Part shown: piece by piece, positions 28,028 to 41,900 of the stretch
How the letters are laid out: the number at the start of each line of letters is the position of its first letter
Numbering within the stretch: position 1 is the stretch's first letter
Source: Harriotta raleighana
Lineage: Eukaryota
Length of the DNA stretch: 64,000 nt
Assembly (NCBI GenBank): GCA_050575255.1
Contig: JBNZDD010013642.1
Location: 2,137,015-2,201,014, forward strand
Direction: 5' to 3'
Position numbers and translations under genes: made by a program
The notes under the pieces: generated by a model
The model's database searches: none
What the model saw: the letters and a program-made list of their open reading frames with translations, nothing else
What the model was told of the DNA's origin: nothing

Positions 28028-28180
28028 GCTGTTTATGGGATATTACTGTGTGCAAATGGATTGCCATATCTGCCTACAAATACACAGCCCCTCCACTTCA
28101 CAGTATATCCTGTGAAGCGCTTTGAGACGTCCTCCCAATGTGAAAGGCGCTAAGGCAAATGCAAGGGTAATTATTTATTA
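28028..28180 (+). mobile_element. Deu-type/SINE 3' fragment
   Basis: ctgtttatggga..ctgtgtgcaaatgg..ctgtgaagcgctttgagacgtcctcccaatgtgaaaggcgcta..aaatgcaag. Confidence 0.8.
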
Positions 28181-28459
28181 AAAGCAAAGCAGTGATTTCT
28201 GTGAGAATTAGAATGGAAAAAAGGATGTGAGACAGTGGGGTCAGGTATGTGCCAGTTCCTCAAAGGATTCCTTCGTAAGTATACCAGACTAGAAGGCCTC
28301 CTCCGAAGTATCCAATAGTGAGTCGAGGCAACTTGCATGAGCTTCATTCATTCTGAACACAGTGTCTGAGTGGAGTTTCTGTGAGACAGCGCAATGTTCC
28401 TGTAGCAGTTTCCATATTAAGAAATCTCATCAATTGTCTTATATTGTCCACAATTATAT

Positions 28460-28562
28460 TGCCAAACAGTCAATTCACTTTACTGTATTCTGTGAAGCAC
28501 TTTAAGACTTCTCGAAGATGTGATAAAGTTCTGTATCAAATGCAAGGATTATCATTCTATTA
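28460..28562 (+). mobile_element. SINE 3' tail fragment
   Basis: cagtcaattcactttactgtattctgtgaagcactttaagac..tatcaaatgcaaggattatc. Confidence 0.8.
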
Positions 28563-30405
28563 AAACCCCTTTCCCCATTTTTAGAAAAAAGCAGCTCTCA
28601 ATTCAAATTTTATGTTCATGTCTTCTATCCTGATCTAACAGCAAACAGTAGATTTATGTTTACTTATTTTTACGCTTGTATTCTTAAATTTTCTTTACAG
28701 ATTACTTCTCAGGCTGTAACACCATCAAATTAATATTCCTTGAAATTAGAAAGCAACATTTAAAAACTACAATGTGAATCAAGTACAGAATATAAACAAT
28801 TTTTTTTAATAGCTGTGCATGTGCCTTCAATGATAAAGCCTGGATATTTTATTGCCCAAAGTAAATTGTTGGCTTTACCATTTCATTATGGCTTTCAACA
28901 TACTATACATTGTAAATCAGAAACAACAACAAAATTACATTTATATAATGCCTTTCACATCATGAGAAAGTCCCAAGGTGCTGGACAATCAATGTTTCAG
29001 ACCCGAGCTGGGGTCAGGATTGGCCAGAAATATTTCAGCACTCATTACTGTGTACTTTGTCCAAATTCCATTTAGGAAGAAACAGATCTGTGTCTTACAC
29101 TGAGCATTTTCAAATGGGTTGCACCACATTCAGGAGGGAAGCAGGGAAAAGGTTGGGGGTTGGGTAAGAGAGGTAGGATAACAACAACAACTTATGTAGC
29201 ATTTATATGACACCTTTCATGCAGTGTAGGGGCCAGGACACAGAGAAACAACGCAATGTTTTAATGGGCTGAGAGTGGGAACAAAATACTATTTTGCGCA
29301 TGAGTGCCACTTTATGTAGGACAAGTTATGTATTTTGATTCCGCGGTTTGATTGTGGAGCAAAGATGCATACAGCTGTTGCCTTAGAATTCTGTGAACAA
29401 AATATCCACCAGTTAGTCCACTTTTGGGGCTGTGAATGACGAGACTTCTGTTGTGTCCTCTCAATCATGAATTATAGCAGGTGCCGTGTGGTTTTCCGAG
29501 TCGCCCATAAAATTTAAAACAAAACTTGTAATAATTTTACTGTCATCCCTATGTATCCTGTAAAATGAATATGTTAAACTACAGCAACTACAGGTTTCAT
29601 ACCTTCAGTGTCAGATAAAGGGGCTATCTGAGCATTAAATCAAAGATGCAGAAGAGCTGTCTTTTAATCCATTCTGTCCTGTTGGTTTTGCTTGTAAATT
29701 GTTTGTTTATGCTTCTCTCAATGTACTAAATTACTAAATGATTTGTCAAACTGAATGCTTGCCTACATGTATAAAATAATCCTGGGTAGTGATAGCATGA
29801 TAACACCTTGCTTTGTTTTTTCCATTATAAATAAATTACTTATTGTTCTACTAGTACAAGTAATTTCACTAAGCAGTTTTTTTTAGACATAAGTAATTCA
29901 TGTGACACATACCTCTTTGACATTTATAGATAACTTGGTTTCAAGTGCAGTTGAGCATTAGGAAATTCTTGCTTAAATTGAGAACCAACACCACATTTAA
30001 TATTATGGTGTGTTTAAAAAAAAAACAGCTTTGAAAAATAGGTAATGGTAAATGTGGTCAGTTTATCCCATATACTGTACTATAGAAATAAAGTAGGCCT
30101 GTAATTACAATGCTGTGGTCTGAACAGGTACAATTTATTCAAAATAGCATTCTCCCAGCAAAAGCTCAGGCACTGTAACAGATATTGTACTTAGTATTAA
30201 AACTTTTGATTCATTATGGAGTGAGCGTTAGGTCAGCACAAAGTGACAACCTTACAGGAAGGGTTAAACAATAGACTCCGATGCCTAAATGTGAATAAAA
30301 ATTCAGTAACCTGTTCTGTTATTTTTTGGGGAAGGGGAGAAGGAAAGAAGAAAATTAGGAGTGAACCAGTGGGAGTTAGCTCCCCCTCAGAAAGTGAGTG
30401 ACATT

Positions 30406-30702
30406 GGAGACCTGTAGCTCAGTGGTTAATGCACTTGCCTAACAAGCAAGAGACCTGGGTTCAATTCTAGGCAGGGCAAAACCTTGGGCAAGTTTCCTTA
30501 CTCCACACACAAGATAATAATCCCTCAAAAAAAAAATATTTGGTTGTTTCAATCCACAATTGTTTGTGGGACAATTCTGTGCGCACTGCTGCATTTTACC
30601 CACAAATATACAGTCAATTCACTTTACGGTATATTCTGTGAAGTGCTTTGAGATGTCGAGAAGACTTAAAATGCTATATCAAATGCAAGGATTATTATTA
30701 TT
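30406..30702 (+). mobile_element. Full-length tRNA-derived SINE
   Basis: Head cctgTAGCTCAGTGG (Pol III box A)..ctgGGTTCAATTCtagg (box B), body cagggcaaaaccttgggcaagtttccttactccacac, L2-type tail, (ATT)n end. Confidence 0.9.
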
Positions 30703-32794
30703 GAGGATTGCATGGGAGAAGTTTGAGATTCAGACCCACATAAGGAAAGTAGAGTTAATATGACCAATATGAACAGTAGGTCAAGGCTCGCGTGGCTCAG
30801 TGCAGCAATACTGTTATTGGAGTTCTTCGAGGGGCTCAGCTCAGTTATTGAGTTCTGTAGGCTTGCTGTACAGTCTCGTCCTGACATGTACGATGATACT
30901 TTGCTTCTTGGGTTTACAGCCTTAGACAAAATAAAATGACAATTGAGACATTCTGTTACCAGGTCTGGCCTATGGAACACTGAGTAGGTACCTCCCAAGC
31001 AGGTCAGAAAGGAAAGTTTAGGTGCTGATGTCGGTTTCTCACTTTATAATACAATATTTGCCTTGGACCTTGAGTGTGAAAGTCTTGGCACATGCAGTAT
31101 CATATGCATTAACCTACCAGCTGGGTAATTGCCTTTTGTTTTCAGCTTAGTAAATGGTTTGCTTTCTCCTGTGCCTCTCCAAATTGATACAAGTGTGCAG
31201 AGACACAAATAATCAGGTTATTAATGTGCACAGCTTTGTGGTGCCTTCCTCTTTCTCTGAGTGTCTGCCAGGATAACAAAAGACTTGTACGTGTTGCATT
31301 TGTGCATGTTTCCACCACACCGAATCGCCAGTCTATGAGGTCTCCTTCAGGTTAATGCAACAGCAGTCAGGCATCTGTGATGAAGCTGTATCCCTGTTCC
31401 TGCCAAAGTAATTTCTGCGCAAAAATAAAAGGTTCAAGGCTTGTCAGCATTAGCAGCTAGATAGCTGCTTAGACCTAATGAGAAATTGGACATTGCTCGA
31501 CTCTGAGCTATCTTGCCAGAGTCATTTTTCCTGCTTGCCTTTTGTCGGAACGACAGAAAGAGATGTTGTTCAATTAAAACCTCTGACCTGTTGTGGTCTC
31601 TCCGAGGCAGACCCATTTCATGCTGGTGATGTGAGTGATTGGCAAAATTGAGTCAGTTTTGAAGCATGCAATATTTTTTCAATGCTGCCGTTACGCTCAC
31701 AGCAACAGCAACAACCACCCAAAAAGATATCAGTGACACTTCCTGTTAGCCTGTTTCCGTGGTGACACAGATTCCCAGGAGAAATTTTGTATAATTGAAT
31801 TAGGCTTCTTTTGATGTCAATAAATTAAAAGGATAGATTGCCCTTTAGGCAGTGATCTTAATTTAGGCTTGCTGCAAACCACAATATCATGTTGTTTTTT
31901 CCTCCCAAACCGACAATGCAGCATTATAAATAAATGAGACTTGAAAGATCTTATTGTATTCCAAATGGGAGTCTATCAGCACAAAAATTAGTATTTTAAT
32001 TTGAAAGAAATTGCTGTTTGAAGAGGCTATTTTATAAAAACAAAATGCAGTAAAATTCAGGTTAAGATAGAAAATGTTTTAAACAATCGGTTTCTTCCCT
32101 TCATGTGATCAAATAACCTAACCACTGTATATGCTGGGCTTTTTTTCATTTATTTCCATCGATTTACATCTTTAAGAAGCTTTTTAAACAGTGTCAAATA
32201 AGCAAAGGCCATGGTTTAATATTGAAGTGCAGCCAACGAGCGAATCACCACTTCAATACACTCTTACTATTTTACTAGGGTAATATATTTGTGGGTCGTA
32301 ATAACAAGATATGTATCAGTACGCATTCTTTTGTAATAGCAAGAGAGAGAGAGGTACTCCGTAGAACTTGGTAAATGATTGATCAAGATATTTTGTTGCA
32401 AAGGGAACTCAATATATTACATTATATTCAGTGGAAATATACTAGACTCAGATAAGTTGTGTATGTTTTTCTATTGCAATGATTTCATCTCAAATTGGTT
32501 TTAGTTATGTTTCTTATAGCTGGCCTCGTACACTTTAAAATCTTCAGTTTTGCCATAATAAATTTATCCTGTAACGAAATGCTTAAGTAGTCCTTGACAA
32601 AATCAACAAGTAAATGGTTCTATAAAATCAGTTTCTGAATTTCAAACCGATGCCAATCCTTAGCAGTCTTTAAAGAAAAGTAATGCAATGTTAATTCAAG
32701 TCATCCATCATTGTGAGCCGTCGACTTTGTAATGAGGGTTTGTGTGCACTCTTTCCCTGCTGTATTTTGAAGTTGTTTTTCTTGTTCTTTTCAG

Positions 32795-32905
32795 GTGTGC
32801 GTTTAGATCGAGTACGTGGAGGGCGGCAGAAGTACAAGCGCAGGATAGATGCAGAGAATAGCCCTTACTTGAACCCTCAGCTCGTTCAACCAGCCAAAAA
32901 GCCAT
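32795..32905 (+). CDS. ESRRG: ESRRG coding exon: C-terminal extension of DBD and hinge
   Basis: (G)VRLDRVRGGRQKYKRRIDAENSPYLNPQLVQPAKKP; acceptor ttctttttcag-like tract ending ttcag|GT, donor CCAT|gtaagg; 111 nt. Confidence 0.97.
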
Positions 32906-35474
32906 GTAAGGACAAATCATTAATTTATATTGTATTATACAGCAGATTCATTAGCATACAAAGCTTCTGTACATTAATTTACAATCCAGTGGAACACTGG
33001 CATGACTTATCTATTTCAATGTACTACCATGCACACATACACATAGTTGCAGAGTTTGCAAACAGATGGGACAAATCTTAGAGCAAAGCTAATCCAGTCT
33101 CCATTTTAGAGATTGTTAATTTGTTTTCCATCAAGGATAACATGGAGTACATTGTGAAAAGTAATATACACCCATGTAAAATAATTTGAATAAAGCCCAT
33201 GTTTTCTCTGCTCTTTAAATACAATCAGGAGACTATTTTAGTAATCCACCTTAAATCAGCTACAGGTTCACCTGTCAATACAGACTTTATTTCATGTTGG
33301 TGAGTTCCCAAAGTTCGATCCCTGGCTGAAATTATGAATTTTGCTTTTCTTACAGCCCTTAAATTACGAATAAAAATGAGGATTAAACCATGTGGAACAC
33401 TAACAATAACAATCTGTATGTTTTGTCTGAGCTTCTGAGCAAATCATAGTGTTCAACTCAAAACATTAAAATGAAGATTACAAATCTTGTCTCCACCCCA
33501 TAAGATGGATATTGCCTTTATAAATCTTTAAACTTGTTTGTTGAGACCTTGCTATCAAGCGAGTATCCATTACATTTTAGGTCCTATCCCAAGGTCCTTT
33601 ATGTTTTTATTTGATTTATTTTTTAAAAATTGAATGAATTGGTTAGAAATAAATATTAAAAATTTTAAGCAAATATTGCACATCAAACTGACTAAATAAC
33701 CAGATTATTTCTCAAATTGGCAGCAATTTGGCAGTTGGAAATTCTGTGTATTATGGAGGTGCACATTAATAATTCTTTTGACTGTAAGAAAAGTACTATA
33801 ATTTTAATGCAGTGCCTTTATGTGTGCTTTTTACAGCACAGTTGTGCATAGGGATGGACAAGACAGTTACTGTTTGTATTTTCCAGCATATTCCCTCTAT
33901 TAAATAATAAATAATTAAGTATAGCTGAAAGCATTTTATGGAGTTTCAAATGTTAATCAAACCACAGCTTGCATTTTTACAAGGGAGGCCACTGTGTGTA
34001 ATATACTGTATTGATGAAACATTTCACCCCCATTTACATTTCAGTAAATGACATTATATTACGATTTTGCAATGAAGCCTTGTCTGTCAAGAGTACAATT
34101 TTTAATATAGATATCTGAATAACAGAGAACATTTTTGATCCTCTTAATGTGGCTTAAGTGTCACACCTTTCTGTTTCTTTTAAGGTCCTTGTGCAGTTGG
34201 AATGATAATCTTTTTGACCACAAGAATGTGCAATCATTTGAATGTATCATATGCTTTTATGTATGGCCTCTTGGAGCTTTTAATTTATCTTAACATTGAG
34301 TGCGTTTAATTCATTTTAAAAGTTCTAAATAGAAGATCTACTTTGCATCTTGTGTGGAATGACTGTGAGGAGCAGCACTAGAAATACACAATAATGCAAT
34401 ATTGTAAACCCTAAGGAAACAATTCTAGGTTAATAAAAGTGAGGCACTATGCAGTCACCTTTTACTTTGCTGGAGGTGACACCATCTTAAGTTGCGTCTT
34501 TGTAACAAAATATCTGTACATTTCCTACCTTTTATATAGAGAATCATTTCTGATAGGGGTGGATGGGACATTTATGGAGATGGAAATGAAATGAAAGCTT
34601 TTTTTCCCCCCCTAACTGTATGCTGAAGGGATTTTCTTTCCTGACCAAACATAGATATTACAAATACAAGGCAGACTCCATCCTTTGTGGTTTCCTATGA
34701 CATAAACTCTTTTTAAATCCGGAACAATGGCTCCATCTTGTAATAATCCAAACGTTCTCAGTTTGCCAGCCTGTCTGACTAAAGCATCTCAAACAGCCAT
34801 GAATTCCACAGGATTGGGCACACAAACGTTAAAAGTTGAGTTTGGTCTGCGTTTTGTGACTGGACTATTTTAGCAATGCACACAAAACACAAGAATAATT
34901 TTTGATCTGTTTAAAGGGTTAAAGATTAACAAGTGTAAAGGTAACTTAATGCACCCAAGGCCTTTTCTAAAAGATTTTATCTCTGAATTTTAATTTCCCT
35001 TGCTTTGCAATCCAAGCATTTTTTTCCCCTGGTAGCACATTGGTAAGTGTTAGTAACAGGGCAATGTTAGCAAGTGTCATTTGTTTCGGACAGTCTTACC
35101 ACTTGCAAATCATTACTCATTATCTCAAAGCTGTTGTGTTAATTTTCTGCACTTCATCTAATTAGCAGTTTTTTTTTAAGAAACATTTATAAAATGCGTG
35201 GTCAATTTTCGACTTGTGTCAGATAAGTGTCAGGAAGCACCAAATCCCTTGTATGTTGGATGTAGCCTCAGAGATTTTCTGAATCCTGATTGATTATTTG
35301 TGCATAACAAAGCCATTCTGATGAAAATTGGGTCGTATTGATTCTAATTAAGGCAACATTAAATAAGATTTACCAAGAGATACTGCTTGCAGCTACTCAA
35401 TTCCCTGACTGATGAGGCTGTCTAAACTCATCCATACGTTTCTTGCTTTCCCTTGCCTGGGCTTTCCATTCCAG

Positions 35475-35636
35475 TCAACAAGATTGTCTCGCATCTGCTT
35501 GTGGCTGAGCCGGAGAAGATCTATGCCATGCCTGATCCCACTGTCCCTGACAGTGACATCAAAGCCCTCACTACACTTTGCGACCTGGCGGATCGAGAGC
35601 TGGTAGTCATCATTGGATGGGCAAAGCATATTCCAG
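35475..35636 (+). CDS. ESRRG: ESRRG coding exon: ligand-binding domain helices 1-3
   Basis: (F)[53 protein letters not shown](G); acceptor ttccag|TC, donor CCAG|gtaaag; 162 nt. Confidence 0.97.
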
Positions 35637-36932
35637 GTAAAGAAAATCACCCAACCAAATGCCATCTGTCCCATTGCCGATGGGAGCTGTAAAGTAAGGA
35701 CAACTTTTTTTTGCCAGTTAAGAATTTCTCAGCTGCTTTGTTATTTCAATGAACGAATGAATACTCAACACTGTTCCCAAATTGACTAATGAAATCATAA
35801 CCCATTTGCAACTTTACCAGTGTGTTAGCGCTCATAATGGAATCCATTTGATTTCCTATTTGTCAACCGTGATATGTGCAAGTCCACTAAACAGTCAAGG
35901 GAGAAACAATTCACTGCTTCTGTATCTTTGAATGAAGAAGGTTGGAAATCTGTGGAGGAAAGATATACTCTTGTGTCCCATTACAAGAAAATATGTATTA
36001 CTGTACTTACCTCTGCCATTGTCCCAGCTGTTAGTCTACCTTACATAAAATATGCTATAATAACATAGCAGAGGCTACCAGATTTCCAAATATTTGTGTG
36101 TAAACTCACAGCAAGAATGACTTTCCTTCCAAAGCTCGGAAGCTCGATGTAGACTAGTGGATCCAATGTTTCTCTCCATGTTATAAAGATGCTGTCTTTC
36201 ATCAGTTTTTTTTTAATATTACTATTCCCTATTCCCTAATATCAATAAGATACCAAGTTACTGAAGCGTAACAGCAAATTGCATTTATATAGCACTTTTC
36301 ATGTTGGGAGAATGTTGCCAAAGTACTGCAAAATTCAAGGGTTTGTGGAGTTCTGCACTGAGATATTTACATGCCATTTCTGAAGCATTTACCTCTAGTC
36401 CTGGCACATTTGGTGTGTAACCCATAAACTACTTTCATTAAGGGCACGAGGTAAATGTAAATTGTTGTTTTTGTATTGCGATAACCTCATAGGGAGATGG
36501 GAGAGTGTTTTAGTCAAAGCACCGCAACAATGTGTGTTTATCTTATGAACAGCATGCTTTTGCCCAAGATAGAATTGAACTGTCCTCCTAATGGTACTTG
36601 CACTGCCTGTTAGTTGCAGAGTGAATGCAGCACACACCATATTACCTCATCAACTTGCCAACATCAAATGCGGGTGAACCAACTCAAAAACAAACTCTCC
36701 AGGATGAGGCGCTGTCATTTGAAAAGGTTTAATATATCGTACCCATGTCAAACCCCCTCAAAGTGCTTCACAAGTAATTACTGTCAAGAGCATTAATTGT
36801 TTATTTTTGTGTTGGGAATCATGGCAGTTGTTTGTGCTTACAATTCCCATAAGCAATCATAATAACAACAACAAAATTACACTTGCATAGCGCCTTTCAC
36901 GTCAGGAGGATGTCCCAAGGCGCTGGACAAAT

Positions 36933-38099
36933 ACATAAGAACATAAGAATTAGGAGCAGGAGTAGGCCATTCGGCCCTTCGAGCCTGCCCCACCATTCAA
37001 TAAGATCATGGCTGATCTTCTGACCTAACTCTAATTACCTGCCCTATCCCCATATCCCCTAATCCCTCTATTTTTCAAAAATCTATCAGTCTCAGCCTTG
37101 AAAATGTTCAAGGACTGAGCATCTACAGCCTTCTGGGATAGTGAATTCCATAAATTCCATAAATTCACTTCCCTCTGAGTGAAGAAATGTTTCCTCAATT
37201 CTGTTCTAAAAGGCTGACCCTTAATTTTAAGACTGTGACCCCTGGTTATAGATTCTCCTATCAGGGGAAACAGTCCCTCAGTGTGTACTTTATCCAGCCC
37301 TTTAAGAATTTTATATGTTTCAATAAGCTCCCCACTGATTCTTCTGTACTCTAGAGAATACAGCCCTAGATTATTCAACCTATCCTCATAGGTCAGTCCC
37401 CTCATCCCAGGAACTAACCTAGTGAATCTACGCTGCACCCCCTCTAAGGCAAACACGTCCTTTTTTAAATAACGAGATGAAAAACTGCATACAATACTCT
37501 AGGTGTGGTCTCACCAAAGCCCTATACAGTTGCAGCAAGACTTCCCTACTCTTGTACTCTAAACGTTTTGAAATGAACGCTAGCATGCCGTTCGCCTTCT
37601 TAGTTGCTTGCTGCACCTGCAAACTAACTTTTTGAGACTGGTGTACAAGGACACCCAAATCCCCTTGAATACTAACACTATCTAACCTCTCCCCCTCTAG
37701 AAAATAATCTTCTTTTATTTTTGCTGCCTAGGTGAATCATTTCACACTTGCCAACGTTGAATTCCATTTGCCACCTACTTACCCACTCCCCTAGCCTATC
37801 TATTTCTTGTTGCAATCTTTTTGCGTCATCCTCAGAGCTCACTCTGCTACCTAGTTTAGTGTCATCCGCGAATTTAGACAAATTACATTCAATGTCCTTG
37901 TCCAGATCAGTGATGTAAATAGTAAATAGCTGAGGCCCAGGCAATGATCCTTGAGGCACTCCACTAGTTACATCCTGCTAGTTCGAGAATGACCCATTTA
38001 TCGCTACTCTCTGCTTTCTATCCGTTAGCCACTCTTCTATCCATGTTAATATGTTCCCATTAATCCCGTGGGATTTAATCTTGAGTAACAGCCTTTTTA
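36933..38099 (-). mobile_element. 5'-truncated CR1-clade LINE (RT C-terminal region and 3' UTR), frameshifted
   Basis: Minus ORFs PQGSLPGPQLFTIYITDLD..SKFADDTKL, KKANGMLAFI..YRALVRPHLEYC and LEGVQRRFTRLVPGM..RKHFFTQR..LWNSL; tail acataagaacataagaa = (TTCTTATG)n on the minus strand. Confidence 0.95.
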
Positions 38100-38670
38100 T
38101 TGCTTCAGACCCGAGCTGAGGACAGCGGGGAGGGGGGGGGGGGAGAAGGGGGGAATTGGGAGTTGCTAATGGGTCCATCGAAGAGGAGAGTCTTGAGGCA
38201 AGACTTATAATAATAATAATTAATAATAACAATCTTAACATTTGATATAATGCTTTTCATCTCTTCATGCCATGAGGTGAAAGCCCAATTAATGTTGGTT
38301 TGGACACCAGAAGAAACTCCCTACTCTTTTTGATCCTCAACATGCACCTGAATAGATGATCTGAAACCAGTTTAGTTATTTTCCCGGTCAGTAGTTTTCT
38401 ACCTCCTCTTTCAGCACCCCACCCGTCCTCTCATCCCCCCAAAAACGTCTCTTGCAACTAGTTCATTCATTTATTTTTAAACAATAGTGATTCTTTTAAG
38501 GGGTAAGCTGATGTTAACATATAGGTATATATGCATTAAATTATGGTATATAGTTGCAATCTTTATTATGGAAAATTCAAGTGCATTTTGTTCTATTCTG
38601 GTGGTCTCTCCATCCTTTGCCATTCTTTTGAATATCTTTACCCAGAATGGGGGCTTGTTTTGAATTCAAA

Positions 38671-38944
38671 ATAATAATAATCCTTGCATTAAATGCAGCG
38701 CTTTTCACGTCTTCTAGATGTCTCAAAGTGCTTCACAGAATATACTGTAAAGTGAATTGACTGTATTTTTGTGGGCGAAACGCAGCAGCCAGTTGCGCAC
38801 AGCAGTGTCCCACAAACAGTCGTGTATTGAAATGACCAATTTATTACTGTTTGCTTTTTTGAGGGATTATTATTAGGTGTGTGGAGGAAGGAAACTTGCC
38901 CAAGGTTTCACCCTGCCTGGAATTGAACCCAGGTCTCTCTTGTA
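38671..38944 (-). mobile_element. tRNA-derived SINE, nearly full length (5' end of head lost)
   Basis: Reverse complement of the 30406/59665 family: (AAT)n, ccttgcatt, cttcacagaatatactgtaaagtgaattgac, aaacttgcccaaggttt, cctgcctggaattgaacccaggtctct. Confidence 0.9.
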
Positions 38945-41900
38945 CGTGTGTCTGTGAGACGAGATTACAGATGTTTACTCCTGTTTGAAGAGCAATGCTC
39001 TATTGTTTCAGAGTGGCTCCGTATTAGGATCGGTATGAGTACAGACAAGTTACATGCTAGGTACACTTGTGGGTTGATGCCCAGGGATCTGAACCATGTT
39101 TGAATGGAATCCGACCAGTCTCCCCTGGATCTGTCCCTCAGTACCAAACAAACCACCCATAATTCAAGTCCAATTGATGATTTTCACTTGACGACACACA
39201 GAGCAGCCTGATTATCCAGCCTGCCATGCTGATGTGATGTGTGGGGGTAGGGCGCGAGAGCATAAAGCCTTTTAGAAAAGGTTACCCACAGGAACAAAAG
39301 CCTTTAGTTAAAGTTATCTGATGATCCTGGGGTGGAAATCAGGGATGCCACATTTGATCCAATCTCAGTTTTTTGATTGGTTCTTTACCATCAGTCACCT
39401 TTGACCAGGAGTATCGAGGTTTCCCGTAGGTACGCAGGACCGAATCTGTGTTTAACACATATATTATAGCTCGCACTCTCTGCGATGATGAGTGGGCATC
39501 TTGAGTTGGTCTGATCTGGACCCTTTTACAGTTTCAACCATCAAGCAAAAGAAGTCAGACTTTGCAGCATTATCAGTCATCAGATGCTATTCATTGGTTT
39601 AACAAAATAATTGACGTTGTAATGAACGAGTGCAGCAGCAAACTGCTTGTTTTAGCACTCTCACTGGTCCTCTATAAGATGGATAGCGAGGATTTTTTGC
39701 TGGACAGTGAACTGGGAACTTGATTCAACATTAACCCTTGCTGTGCCTGATCTAGGGGTGCTTGATATTGTGAAAATAAAAATATTATTTTGCTCCAAAT
39801 ACTTTGCTGAACATATCACTGTCCCCCAAAAGATAAACTAAGGTAATCTGAGGATCCCAAGGCATGTGGCAGTACATTCTCTCTTTAAACACACAGCCTG
39901 CAGTTTGCGATGTTTCCAAATTGCACAAATGCAGGAAAGGTGTTAAAGGCAGAAGACAAATGTGGAAGCCACATTTCTCTGATGAAATGTTATTTAACAG
40001 TGATTGTGAATTAAGAAATTGGGTTATGATAAAATCAACGGCCTCTTTCAATATGAAGAAAGGGCACTAAAAAAATTGCTTTGATTATTTCTGCATCGCA
40101 AAGCACTCAACTCGGCTGTGTCCACAACAGAGGCAAATATTTAAAGAAAAAATAAAATTACTTTATCAGTAAATAGAATTAGGCTTGCCTTGCTAATAAA
40201 GCGGCTGAACAGAAAGCAGGGCGTTATGAAATTTGAACAGTCCTTATCTGACAAAGAGCACAATGGAATTAGACAGCACTTGACTTCAGTCATTTCACGT
40301 TAGAGCAGAATGAGTGGGTACAAGAGACGGTGGCTATGCCCTAATAGCTCTTTAGCGTGGCAGACCCCCCCACCGCCATTAGCATCCTTTTATATTCTCC
40401 AAAATTGCTCATGCTGCCTATTCTGGCTCCTATCTGCCTGCCTGCCCTCTTTTTTTCCCTCTCTCTCTTCCTCTCTCTCTCCCTTTCAATTCTGTACGTG
40501 CTTGGATAAGCACGTGCTAGCACAATATGATTGAGCTGTAAAATGGAATCCTGTCGGCTTTAATCTCTTTTATGTAGATACTGTAGTACTTCCACACTCT
40601 GCCTCATCCAGTCTATTGTAAGATGCACAGAATGGGCTGGAGACTAATGTAGGCTGAATCAAATATTGAAGCTAGCTTTCACGCATACGATAAAAAGATT
40701 ATCAGTGCAGCAGTCAGACGTATTGTTGCACTTTGTGTTGGATTAGAATATCCACATGTAACCTCGTTAACAAAATGCTGCAGGTGCTTACTCAGGCACT
40801 GCTGCTGCAGCTCTGGGTGCTTCATCTTCATGAGCTGGTATCTCTTTCCTTTTGCCCCGATGCATTTAACAACTGGGGAAACTTTAAAACTGCCGACCGG
40901 TCGCTCCCCTCACTCGCCAAATGTTTTAAGTGAGCGCTTCCATATGTTTGCCTACCCGATGCACAGTCACTCTACGTCACAGTCAAATACTGTGAAGCTC
41001 TTTTGGATATTCTTCCAACAAGAAAGGTGCTGGATCAAATGCAAGCAGTTTTGTACTTTGAACTACTTGCTGTAGAACTCTTTTGAGATACACATGTAGA
41101 AATCTTCTAATTTGCACTGTGTCAAACCAAATTGTTACATTTATAGTTTTTATAGGCGATGCCCCCTCACCAATGTTATATAAAAAAAATTAAATTCTCC
41201 TTAATTTGGTATCGCATCATTCACATCAGGTGGACAACTCAAAGTGTTTCACAGGATTTACATGCACCTGTAAAGTGGAATAACTGTATGTTCTGTGGAC
41301 GAACTTCACTTTAAATAATGATGATTTCGGAACTTTTACTTTCTCGTCTTCTTAAACGACTTTTGTTTCCTGAAGAATGGACATTTGCAGTATAGCTGAA
41401 GTAACATTCACGAACTCGAGCACACAAAAGAGTCATATTAACCTGGCTCCTTCAGGTTATAAAGTAAAGGACCCAGTACCGTAGTTAAATCATGTTGACT
41501 GTGCATGTTAAACTCCTTCTCACTGTCAGACAGACCCTCCCTTCCAGTTTCGCCTAGTAATGTTGTCAGCACTTGATATACAAATAAACCCAGTCAAAAC
41601 ATACCTTGTTAAGGCGGTATATTAGATACTTGTTAGGGCTTTTTATTGAAAGAAAGGGACAATTGATGGTGAGATTTTCCGTTTTCAGACAACGGTTAGT
41701 TATTAGTAGGTAAATACAAGAATAAATGTTATTTCTGCCAAAATGAATATTCCTCCCTTTCGATCTTAAGGCAGGGCAGCAGTTTATAATGGTTGAATCT
41801 GTATCTCCTGTTGTGGTGTAAGAAGAGGCTATTTTCAGCAGTTCTAGTCAGTGGCTCCTATCGTGCAGATTGATACAGAATCTGCCAGCTACAATAAAAT

